From the NCBI GenBank assembly GCA_031372065.1, contig JANMKN010000091.1:1-15193 (forward strand): a DNA stretch of 15,193 bases, given 5' to 3'. The stretch comes from Abditibacteriaceae bacterium (lineage in GTDB: Bacteria > Armatimonadota > Abditibacteriia > Abditibacteriales > Abditibacteriaceae). The translations under genes and the position numbers were made by a program. Below are positions 1 through 7,867 of this stretch, piece after piece (position 1 is the first letter of the stretch; each line of letters begins with the position of its first letter). Below the pieces are notes generated by a model. It saw nothing but the letters and a program-made list of their open reading frames with translations. It was not told the DNA's origin and searched no databases.

Positions 1-2
1 AA

Positions 3-179
3 AACGGCGAATTTGGCGAGATATTTCGTCAACAATTCGGCAACGAACTACAACTATGGGACGAACACAGCAAAGTCATTGACAACACCGTTCAACCCAT
101 CCGCACCAAAAGGAGTGAGCAAACCGCTAAACAAACCGAGAGGCAAAGCACATCGCGAAGTGTGCGATTGGCAAGCTAA
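3..179 (+). CDS. 3' end of an upstream gene (partial, unknown product)
   Basis: Frame +3 is open from the window edge to TAA at 177-179 (NGEFGEIFRQQFGNELQLWDEHSKVIDNTVQPIRTKRSEQTAKQTERQSTSRSVRLAS*) and stops just before the first iteron. It is absent from the ORF track because its start is outside the window. Confidence 0.55.
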   Translation, partial: NGEFGEIFRQQFGNELQLWDEHSKVIDNTVQPIRTKRSEQTAKQTERQSTSRSVRLAS

Positions 180-182
180 AAA

Positions 183-418
183 TTTCCGTAACTATACGGG
201 AATAAGGAAATTTCTGTAGCTATACGATAAAGGCACCAAAAAGCGATCCCTTCAAGCCAAATTCAAGCATCAATGACACAAGAAACAACTAAAACCAGCT
301 TGAATTCACGTATAGCTACGGAAATCCAAATTTTCGGCGAATTCCCGTATAGCTACAGAAGAAAAAGGGGTTCCTATCCCGTATAGCTACGGAAGCAATC
401 CCGTATAGCTACGGAAAT
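183..418. repeat. Iteron array / plasmid-type replication origin (6 copies)
   Basis: The core CGTATAGCTAC(G/A)GAA occurs on + starting at 309, 346, 380 and 402, and in reverse orientation at about 183-203 (TTTCCGTAACTATACGGGAAT, one mismatch) and 211-226 (TTTCTGTAGCTATACG). The array lies directly upstream of a Rep gene and is followed by an A-rich tract. Confidence 0.9.
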
Positions 419-469
419 CAAACGGCATTTAAAAGCATAGAACCCTTATGGGAGAAGGAAAAAAAGCCC

Positions 470-1918
470 ATGAAAAAAACCAGAACAGAAACTGTAACTA
501 ACAACTTTAAAACAAAAACTAAAACGGGCCACGCAACAACGCGCCAGCAACCAAGCACAGTTACTGACGACGCGGCCAAGGCCGTGCGTCCACAACCCAC
601 CCGCCAAAAACTTGCACCCACCACTCAAGAAGCAGAGGGGATGCTTCTTGGCAAAGATGAAATGAATCTTGTCGAACATCCTTTTGCCGTTCTAAAGCAT
701 GGCAATCAGGATCGAAACATCATCCGTTTGAGCTTTGAAAAAGTTCACCCTCGAAGCGGTAAATTAGTGAAATCCCTTTGGGAAGTCAGTGGACATCCAG
801 AGCAAGGTCTTCCCGGCCCCACAGAAGAACGTCTCTATGTCGCACTGATGCAGATCACCAGAGAACAAAATCCCAAGGAGAAAACGATTTACTTTTCCCG
901 TGGCGATTTAATGAATCGTCTTGGGTGGCCTCACACCAAACAATATTATGAAGCGTTGGCTACCGCATTTACTCGCCTCGCCGCTGTAACGATTCGTGCC
1001 GATCGGGCCTTCTGGGACGCGGCGCGCGAAGATTACTACGCCACCGTGACCTTCCACGTTTTGGAGGAAGTTCACATTTCCAATGAACCGCCGGGCCGCC
1101 GCGCTCAAAACGCGCTGCCGCTCAGTTCATTTTCATGGGGCGATACCATTTTCCAGTCTCTGCAAGCGGGCTATCTACGAAGTTTGGATACCGACTTTGG
1201 ATTATCACTCAATCTGCCGCTCTCGCTCCGGCTATTTCGTTATCTGGATCGACACCGACGCGGCAAGGGCAGGGCAGAGAACCGCGCACCACGCAACTCT
1301 TTTAGCATCGGCCTCAAACGTCTCTGCGAAATCCATTTGGGCATGGCCGCCTCACCCTACAACTCCAAACACAAAGAACGCCTCAAACCAGCCCACGAGG
1401 AACTTATTGAACGCGGATTTTTAGCCTCTTATGAATTTTCCCAGATGAAAAACAAAGAAGGCGAAAAGGTAACTTATCACTTCGCCGCACCCAGCACGAT
1501 GCTATCGGCTACGCTATCGGCCACACCAGCCGGCGCTGTTCCGCCAACTGGTGGTAACAACAAGGATGAACACAACTTTAACCCACAAAGCACATTATTC
1601 GAAGATGTTTTCACACCAGCCGAAGACATCCAAAAGTTCCAACCTGCCCTTGAAATAGAATTGCAGCTTCGCGAGGCCGAACTCTGGGAAGACTCCGCCA
1701 ACGAAGTTTTTGAACTATTGCCGCAACAAATCCACGATGAGTTATGGAAGCACGCCCTTGAGCCACTGCCTATCATGTTCCGCGAAAATCCTAAGCTGCT
1801 CGGTGCCCAGCGCGCCATCCGCAAGCAAATTGCTGAACTAATGCGATTCGATCACGAAAACATCGTTATCGATCACATACGCCAAAAAATACATAACGAA
1901 AAAGAGAATAAATCATGA
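470..1918 (+). CDS. Plasmid replication initiator protein (replication initiator A / winged-helix Rep type)
   Basis: 482-aa ORF with an N-terminal GKDEMNLVEHPF motif, GLPGPTEERLYVALMQ, FSRGDLMNRLGW and LSLRLFRYLD segments typical of iteron-binding plasmid initiators, next to an iteron array. The start may be 470 or the downstream ATG at 641. Confidence 0.85.
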   Translation: MKKTRTETVTNNFKTKTKTGHATTRQQPSTVTDDAAKAVRPQPTRQKLAPTTQEAEGMLLGKDEMNLVEHPFAVLKHGNQDRNIIRLSFEKVHPRSGKLVKSLWEVSGHPEQGLPGPTEERLYVALMQITREQNPKEKTIYFSRGDLMNRLGWPHTKQYYEALATAFTRLAAVTIRADRAFWDAAREDYYATVTFHVLEEVHISNEPPGRRAQNALPLSSFSWGDTIFQSLQAGYLRSLDTDFGLSLNLPLSLRLFRYLDRHRRGKGRAENRAPRNSFSIGLKRLCEIHLGMAASPYNSKHKERLKPAHEELIERGFLASYEFSQMKNKEGEKVTYHFAAPSTMLSATLSATPAGAVPPTGGNNKDEHNFNPQSTLFEDVFTPAEDIQKFQPALEIELQLREAELWEDSANEVFELLPQQIHDELWKHALEPLPIMFRENPKLLGAQRAIRKQIAELMRFDHENIVIDHIRQKIHNEKENKS

Positions 1919-2925
1919 ATGAGAAAACCGCTGCGTTGCGTCTTCTACCATCGCTTTCTATCGAAATGCCTTTGGACAGGGCTTCAGATGACCTATTGGA
2001 GAATGCCCCACAGGACATCTACGAGGCCTTCGCCGAATTCCTGCAAATTGATGTCGCCAACGGCGATGCCACCGATGACACAATCCGCGCCTACCACAAG
2101 GAAATTGGCTTGTTCACGCGGTGGTGCCGCGAGCGAAACATAGCACCAGAAAGCGCCACGCGCCGCCACATCGAAGCCTACCGCGAATCTCTCAAGACCA
2201 ACGGCGCCGCTGCTTCGACGCGGCAACACAAAATGTCCATCGTGCGGCGTTTCTACGAGGCTGCGGTCAAGCACGGCGTCTTAACGATAAATCCCGCCGC
2301 CAACGTCAAAGGCGGCAAAGATTTAACGCCACCTGAAGAAAAAATGAAGGCGCTGACCAAAAGTGCATTGCATCATCTGGTCGGTGCCATTCCCTCCTCA
2401 ACGCTGCTCGGCCAACGAGATCGGGCCATCATTGCGCTGATGGCCGTGCATGGTTTAAGGCGTATTGAGGTTCACCGCCTGAATCACGAAAGCGTAGATA
2501 TTAGCGATGACACACCATCACTACGAGTCATCGGCAAAGGTAATCGCGTGCGTAAAATCTACCTGCGCGAAGATACCTACAACGCCATCCAAACTTATGT
2601 GCGCGCCAAAATGGAGCATCATTTCCCGTTAACTGGCGCCTTGCTGGTCTCCCACAGCAATCGCACACGAGGGGCACGCATCAGCCGCCGCTCACTAAAT
2701 GACATCGTTGATCATTATCTGAGCGAAGCGCACTTGAAAAAGGTCGGCGTTTCCTGCCATGCGCTGCGCCACACCCACGGCACGCTGGCCGTCGCCGGCG
2801 GCGCCAAAGTCGAACACCTGAAAGAAGAAATGGGCCACAACCATCTCGAAACCACATCAATCTACGTTAAAGCCGTCAGCCGCCGCGAAAACAACCCGGC
2901 AAACTTTATTGATGTGGAATTTTGA
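1915..2925 (+). CDS. Tyrosine recombinase (XerC/XerD-like integrase/resolvase)
   Basis: The full catalytic set is visible: HGLRRIE (R), GKG (K), HALRH (HxxR), MGH (H) and TSIY (Y), plus an N-terminal SAM-like core-binding region (DTIRAY). Its ATG overlaps the rep stop codon (ATGA, 1915-1918). Confidence 0.95.
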   Translation: MNEKTAALRLLPSLSIEMPLDRASDDLLENAPQDIYEAFAEFLQIDVANGDATDDTIRAYHKEIGLFTRWCRERNIAPESATRRHIEAYRESLKTNGAAASTRQHKMSIVRRFYEAAVKHGVLTINPAANVKGGKDLTPPEEKMKALTKSALHHLVGAIPSSTLLGQRDRAIIALMAVHGLRRIEVHRLNHESVDISDDTPSLRVIGKGNRVRKIYLREDTYNAIQTYVRAKMEHHFPLTGALLVSHSNRTRGARISRRSLNDIVDHYLSEAHLKKVGVSCHALRHTHGTLAVAGGAKVEHLKEEMGHNHLETTSIYVKAVSRRENNPANFIDVEF

Positions 2926-2938
2926 TTAGGAGCTACAA

Positions 2939-4603
2939 ATGCCATTCCCACAAAGAAGAATTACAAAACAACAGGAACAAGGTGAATCTGGACAACGAGA
3001 AACGGAAAAATGCTTTGCTGCGGTTGGATGGCAACCACGCCCTTTAACTCCTGATTTGGGTGAAGATTTTATTGTTGACATATACGACGATGGCATCTCT
3101 GCCGGCCTCGCATTTTACGTTCAAGTAAAGAGCATCGCAAATGCCAGTAGCATCACACGACGTAATGAGGAACTGAGCTATTCTCTTGAAATTAAAGATT
3201 TAGAACACTGGGAAGATTACAGGCCCACAGTCGTCTTACTAATTTGGGATATAGCCAATGCCTGCGGCTACTGGGAATTAATTGAAAATATTATCTCTAA
3301 ATTAAATGCAAACAAACCAACTTGGCGAACTCAAAAATCAATAGCAGTCCGAGTCCCATTTCGTAACACCACTGATAAAGAGAGTTTTAAGCGACTTCGC
3401 CGCTTAATTGCTTTAAAAGAATTACCAACATTCGGGGCTGGTAAGGAATTAACCACAACAGTTACATTTTCTTTTCCAGATACAGATCAAGGTAAATATG
3501 AAAATAAAGCGATACAGCAACTTGAGGAATATGGTGACGGTGCTGAGATTACCACCGATTTCATCACAAAAATAGAAGCGCCAGATTGGTATCAACGCAA
3601 GTTCGGCAAGATTGAAATCGCTTCTGGTGGAACGATTAAATTTGGCACTTGCTCCTCAGACAAGATAACTAAGTTTCGCCTTAAACTACTGTCTCCACAG
3701 CAACGCGTCGAACAAATTTTACAAATTGAAACCAAACCGATAAAAATTGGTAGCAAAAGAATCACGTTTTCCAACGCTCACAATCCCTTGCCATTTAATT
3801 GTCAACTTGTTTTTGAATTGGGCGGAAATGTCAAAATCAGTTTCTCGCTTAACCAAACAAAATTGAACGCTCATGAAGCATTCAAGGCTTTTGATTTTTT
3901 CAATAGAGTAAGGCCGAAAGGCACCTTATATATAGAACCGGTCATCAATACCAATGACGCAGATAATTGGGACCCATGGAAAGCAGTGCGTATTTCTATT
4001 CCCAATGCGACCTATTTTGAGATGGGGGCAGCCTTTCGTAAATTATTAGAAAGAATGAAATTCATCGAAGAAAAGACAAGCATCGAATTCGACCTCACTT
4101 CAGCCAACTTAGAAAATATGGATGGCGAAGAGTGGAAAGAGGTGCATCGACTGGCCCAAATTACAGAAATGGGGAGACTCAAATATAACTTTAAGCATCT
4201 GGAATGGGACCTTAGCCAACCAAAAACACCCGATGCAGGAAGACGCCTTATCGAACTCGCATGGAAACGTCATAGAGAAAACACACCCATTGTATTTCAT
4301 ACTGATACTGGTCAAGTTACAATTCACACTTGGAACTCAGATATTCCTGTTGGACCCCAAAAAACATATATTCAAGGCCTATTCGACGAAGAATCCCTTA
4401 AATATTTGGTTAAAACCATAGAATCTGGAGAATCACCACAGGAATTAAGCATTTCACTCGTCAATGGATTGTGTTTGGAGGAATACACAGACTGGATAAA
4501 AGATGACAGCCAATTGAAATCACTTAGGCAGGAAATGGAGCAACAGGACTCAGGATCTGAGTCCTTCGGATTCAACATCACATCCTTCAAACGCATTATT
4601 TGA
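2939..4603 (+). CDS. DUF4365-like (PD-(D/E)XK fold) N-terminal domain protein, putative nuclease
   Basis: 554 aa. The N-terminal GESGQ..E...PDLGEDFIVD...FYVQVKS...LEHW...VVLLIWD pattern matches DUF4365-type restriction-endonuclease-fold domains. RBS AGGAG lies upstream. The C-terminal ~390 aa are unrecognised. Confidence 0.75.
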   Translation: MPFPQRRITKQQEQGESGQRETEKCFAAVGWQPRPLTPDLGEDFIVDIYDDGISAGLAFYVQVKSIANASSITRRNEELSYSLEIKDLEHWEDYRPTVVLLIWDIANACGYWELIENIISKLNANKPTWRTQKSIAVRVPFRNTTDKESFKRLRRLIALKELPTFGAGKELTTTVTFSFPDTDQGKYENKAIQQLEEYGDGAEITTDFITKIEAPDWYQRKFGKIEIASGGTIKFGTCSSDKITKFRLKLLSPQQRVEQILQIETKPIKIGSKRITFSNAHNPLPFNCQLVFELGGNVKISFSLNQTKLNAHEAFKAFDFFNRVRPKGTLYIEPVINTNDADNWDPWKAVRISIPNATYFEMGAAFRKLLERMKFIEEKTSIEFDLTSANLENMDGEEWKEVHRLAQITEMGRLKYNFKHLEWDLSQPKTPDAGRRLIELAWKRHRENTPIVFHTDTGQVTIHTWNSDIPVGPQKTYIQGLFDEESLKYLVKTIESGESPQELSISLVNGLCLEEYTDWIKDDSQLKSLRQEMEQQDSGSESFGFNITSFKRII

Positions 4604-4696
4604 AGGCCCATAAAAAGTAAAATGCCAAATCATTTTAACCCGGTTTTTCTCCCGATTGAGGCTACTACCCCGTAAGGCGCCCCCTTTTTTACTCTC

Positions 4697-4725
4697 TTGC
4701 ATCAATTTTTTCTATTTTGTAGAAT
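4697..4725 (+). promoter_or_regulatory. sigma70-type promoter with overlapping palindromic operator (probable PadR site)
   Basis: TTGCAT (4697-4702), a 17-nt spacer and TAGAAT (4720-4725). The inverted repeat TTCTA-TTTTG-TAGAA (4710-4724) overlaps the -10 box. Confidence 0.7.
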
Positions 4726-4730
4726 TAATC

Positions 4731-4754
4731 ATGAATCTGATACGTCAGATTCAT
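4731..4754. repeat. Perfect 10-bp inverted repeat / hairpin
   Basis: ATGAATCTGA-TACG-TCAGATTCAT, beginning at about the predicted transcription start of the padR unit. Confidence 0.85.
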
Positions 4755-4775
4755 TTCGTCGGATTCCCTACAACC

Positions 4776-5102
4776 ATGAACAGCAAATCAAAAATCGGTG
4801 ACTTTGAGGAGATCGTCCTGATGGCGGTATTCAGATTAGGCAGTGATGCCTACGGCATGACAGTTCGGCAAACAGTGGCAGAGGCCAGCAAAAACTTTAC
4901 TTCGATTGGTGCAATTTACACTACTTTGGAGCGGCTTGAGGCAAAAGGCTTTATCTCGTCTTGGCAAGGTGAAGCAACAGCCGAGCGTGGTGGACGTGCC
5001 AAGCGCTACTTTAAAATTGAGGGCAGCGGGATTGATGCGTTGCGTGAAAAAGAGCAAGTGCGCCAGAATATCTTGGGTGGATTGTTAGGAGGTGTGGCAT
5101 GA
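4776..5102 (+). CDS. PadR-family transcriptional regulator
   Basis: IGDFEEIVLMAVFRL..DAYG...SIGAIYTTLERLEAKGFISS...ERGGRAKRYFKI is a classic short PadR winged helix. Start placed at ATG 4776 (108 aa); the in-frame ATG at 4731 is an alternative. The ORF-track start at 4656 lies upstream of the promoter. Confidence 0.93.
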   Translation: MNSKSKIGDFEEIVLMAVFRLGSDAYGMTVRQTVAEASKNFTSIGAIYTTLERLEAKGFISSWQGEATAERGGRAKRYFKIEGSGIDALREKEQVRQNILGGLLGGVA

Positions 5103-5650
5103 ACATTGAGGATCGCTGTCTCTTGGCAGATATTCTAAAGAAGAAGTTTGCTCACCTGCCATCACTATACATTGACTATATCGTTGACGATCTCCACAAA
5201 AGGTTGAGCGATGTTATCGATTATCCAATTGCCCTTACAAAGCAAAATTTAGAGGACATTTGTTGTATCGTGGAAATCGAAACAAAAGATTTCAACCTTG
5301 AAATTTTGCGCAGTATCAGCTTGGGAATACAAATCAGAAATGCCGTTGTTCATCCCGTTAAGTTTTTGTTTAAAAAAGCTGATATGCGTGCTGAGGCGAA
5401 GCCAAACGATTTTCTGCCTTCCGGAGCAGTGCTTATATTGCACTGCTTCTTACCTCAAAAAGATCGTATGGAAATCATCGGCGACTTGGAGGAGGAGTTC
5501 TTTCTAATCTTCAAGCGCGATGGTAGGCGCAAAGCGCGCTTTTTCATGTGGTTACAGGCGTTTCTCTCGCTTTGGCCCTATGTGAAGGGTGCGGCATGGG
5601 CCGCGACGATTGGGCGTGCCATCGGCTGGCTCCAACAATTGCGCGGATAA
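5099..5650 (+). CDS. PadR-associated protein with C-terminal permease-prefix-like domain
   Basis: ATGA overlap with padR. The C-terminal PSGAVLILHCFLPQKDRMEIIGDLEEEF...GRRKARFFMWLQAFLSLWP resembles the N-terminal prefix domain of PadR-linked ABC permeases, but no permease body follows. Confidence 0.65.
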   Translation: MNIEDRCLLADILKKKFAHLPSLYIDYIVDDLHKRLSDVIDYPIALTKQNLEDICCIVEIETKDFNLEILRSISLGIQIRNAVVHPVKFLFKKADMRAEAKPNDFLPSGAVLILHCFLPQKDRMEIIGDLEEEFFLIFKRDGRRKARFFMWLQAFLSLWPYVKGAAWAATIGRAIGWLQQLRG

Positions 5651-5671
5651 GTCCCGGTTGAAAGAAATCTA

Positions 5672-6865
5672 ATGGCAAAATCACCAACTTTCGTAAAAGA
5701 CAGGCAAGAATTATTTATCTTGCTTGATGCGGTCATGAACAAGACCTATTTTCAAGTTCGTGATTTTGCCCCTTTTGAACCAGATCATGCGCAGGTTAAG
5801 ACTTACCTTTTAGAGTTCGACTGGGAACGGCAGAAAAATGTTAAGGAAGAAATTGCGTTTTTAGCCACTTCTCTCACGATTCCACCATCGCGCACGGGTA
5901 AGTCATGTGTTCCCCGGATTACACAAACATCGGAAATAGGCTTTTATTGTGTTCAATGGGAATGGCGAAATGACACGCCCATAATTGTATTTCTGGATAG
6001 TGCTACAGACCAAAAACGGCGTTTTTGGATTGCCTATTCTCTTTCCGATGCCAAAACGCTTGACATCATATTTGATCGTCTTGCTATGAACCAGCCAGCT
6101 TTTGACCGAGTGTGGTTTTGGCCGAAGTTGCTTTCGGATACTCAAAGCAGAGGCGATTTTCGTGGAATCGGCATTGATTACGATTACCGACGATTTGAAC
6201 TCAATTCGCAGCGACCAGATTCGACAGATTACCTCAAAATGCAAATTCGCGGGGGGTCGCATACACAGCTAATTTACCAACAATTACAAGAATCCTCTGC
6301 ATTCAGTCAGCAAATCGTTCTTGCAAAAGTTGGTTTGAAGTATTGGGTTGACCGCGACGATCTCTCTAACTTTGCCGTTGAAGAAATCAAATACAATGGC
6401 AAATTCACCACAAAAGGGACATCCTTTGCCGACCATCAATCACTGGTCATTGATATGCGTGCCACCTACGCCAATAAAATTCGCTCGATTGAGGCGAACC
6501 ATACTATCATGACCAGCAATGCTTCAAATTATGGTGTTGACGGTGATCCTGTTATTTTTTCCTTCGAGAAAAGACCCATTGAGGATTTGGACCATTTTTG
6601 CAGCGTTGTATTTTCTGGCCGTATGCCGTTTCGGTTGTGGGGCCTAAGTCGACGAGCTGCAGGAACGGATGATGGGAGGCAAATTACAGCCGTTGACCTT
6701 CATACCGGTTCCAAATTGTTTTTTGAAGTCTTTCCAGACATGGTTTCCATGTATCTGTATCCCGGCGCCTGCGGCAATACAGTTGCCCGTTTCTTTACAA
6801 ACATTCAACAAACATTCAGCAGGCAAGTCACTTGCGAGGACACAAATGAACAAAGACTCTTTTAA
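5672..6865 (+). CDS. Hypothetical protein (397 aa), first gene of an overlapping pair
   Basis: Long ORF with globular composition, starting 21 nt after the previous stop. No family recognised with confidence. Confidence 0.85.
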   Translation: MAKSPTFVKDRQELFILLDAVMNKTYFQVRDFAPFEPDHAQVKTYLLEFDWERQKNVKEEIAFLATSLTIPPSRTGKSCVPRITQTSEIGFYCVQWEWRNDTPIIVFLDSATDQKRRFWIAYSLSDAKTLDIIFDRLAMNQPAFDRVWFWPKLLSDTQSRGDFRGIGIDYDYRRFELNSQRPDSTDYLKMQIRGGSHTQLIYQQLQESSAFSQQIVLAKVGLKYWVDRDDLSNFAVEEIKYNGKFTTKGTSFADHQSLVIDMRATYANKIRSIEANHTIMTSNASNYGVDGDPVIFSFEKRPIEDLDHFCSVVFSGRMPFRLWGLSRRAAGTDDGRQITAVDLHTGSKLFFEVFPDMVSMYLYPGACGNTVARFFTNIQQTFSRQVTCEDTNEQRLF

Positions 6866-7823
6866 TTTGATGTTGACTAATCTGGCTATTGGTTTAGTCA
6901 AAGGCCATCCCTATTTGCGCCCAACCTCAAAAAAAGTAAAGGCTTTGGGTTACCGTTTATTCTGTGTCGAACGCAGTTTGTTTTGCGCTGCAGCAAACAG
7001 TTCAAAAATGCCCGAATTAGTTTTTTATTCTCCCAAACAAGACCATGCGGTAATCTGCGAATGGACAAAAGTATCGTTAGAAACGGATGATAGCGATCCA
7101 AGGAAGGTCCAGCAGATTCAATCTTTCTTAAGTTACAGCAAAGAAGATTTGGTAGACAGGGCCGGTATGCCTATTCCCGGTGGCGCCCAAAATAGTGTTT
7201 GGTTGATTGTAACACCAGAAAACTTAGCAAGTTTTGAGGGCAGCATAACAGAGGCTTTGGAGCGCGCTATGCTATGCTCATTTCAAATCAGCGGAGATGG
7301 TGGTTGCGTTTCCTATCATCAAGGAACTTTTCAAGATGAGAAGTTAGCAGACATATTCAAGGATGGAATCAGCGCAAGTAGAATTCCGATGGGTTTTATA
7401 CCTATTTCTTTGGATCATTTTTCGCAGCATAAATTTGCAGAGCTTCTGATTCAGCAAATTGTCACTTATATTGTTAAGCATACCACTGAATTTTCAAATG
7501 AGAACATAGGGCAAGCGATTTTTGGTGAACAATGGCCCCTTTTAGGCAAAGAAAAGCAAAAAGGTGTAAGGCAACACGCCGCAAAAACATTAAAACAGCT
7601 TGCCCAAAAGCCTTACTTGCAGGAGTGGCTGACTCGAACCGAATCGCAAGATTTGACTTGGCGAGTTGCAATCCCCAAAGGCAAAGAATCGCCTGCTTCA
7701 TTGATCAAACTTCAAAGTCGTGCTCAGAAATATATGCATGAAAAATTTTCAGGCCCTAATTCTCCAACTTATCAATATGACCTTTTCGATCAACCAGAAC
7801 CAGTAGACGTGGAATCAGAATAA
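6846..7823 (+). CDS. Hypothetical protein (325 aa), possible degenerate PD-(D/E)XK fold
   Basis: Start reassigned from 6669 to ATG 6846 (RBS GAGGA just upstream, 20-nt overlap with the previous gene). MPELVFYSPKQDHAVICEWTK...QQIQSF is reminiscent of PD..ExK..Q nuclease-fold motifs. Confidence 0.7.
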   Translation: MNKDSFNLMLTNLAIGLVKGHPYLRPTSKKVKALGYRLFCVERSLFCAAANSSKMPELVFYSPKQDHAVICEWTKVSLETDDSDPRKVQQIQSFLSYSKEDLVDRAGMPIPGGAQNSVWLIVTPENLASFEGSITEALERAMLCSFQISGDGGCVSYHQGTFQDEKLADIFKDGISASRIPMGFIPISLDHFSQHKFAELLIQQIVTYIVKHTTEFSNENIGQAIFGEQWPLLGKEKQKGVRQHAAKTLKQLAQKPYLQEWLTRTESQDLTWRVAIPKGKESPASLIKLQSRAQKYMHEKFSGPNSPTYQYDLFDQPEPVDVESE

Positions 7824-7867
7824 CTTGATAGGGGTGACCTTTTTTGAGTATTTTGAGGGTGTTTTAA

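Noticed and set aside
13..219. 68-aa ORF from the ORF track
   Set aside because: It has a TTG start without an RBS and runs into the iterons. The open +3 frame ending at 179 is a better candidate.
183..418. Repeat cluster as a CRISPR array
   Set aside because: The units are only about 15-22 bp, spacing is irregular and short (22-37 nt start to start), orientation is mixed and there are no cas genes. The position before rep indicates iterons.
1501..1524. Tandem 12-bp near-duplication GCTATCGGCTAC/GCTATCGGCCAC in rep
   Set aside because: An in-frame duplication encoding LSATLSAT in a linker, with no sign of separate function.
4605..4611. AGGCCCA after the DUF4365-like gene as a third leader box
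   Set aside because: Only 7 of 14 nt match, the GAGCC half is missing, and there is no associated hairpin or U-tract.
6669..6845. N-terminal 59 aa of ORF 6669..7823
   Set aside because: It lies wholly inside the upstream gene. ATG 6846 has an RBS and gives a typical short overlap.
1915..7823. Integron with cassette array
   Set aside because: The recombinase lacks an obvious IntI-specific insertion, and the intergenic gaps (13-21 nt or overlaps) leave no room for attC sites.
7830..7846. Possible terminator after the 6846-7823 gene (AGG-GGTGA-CCT followed by a T-run)
   Set aside because: A stem of only about 3 bp is too weak to call.
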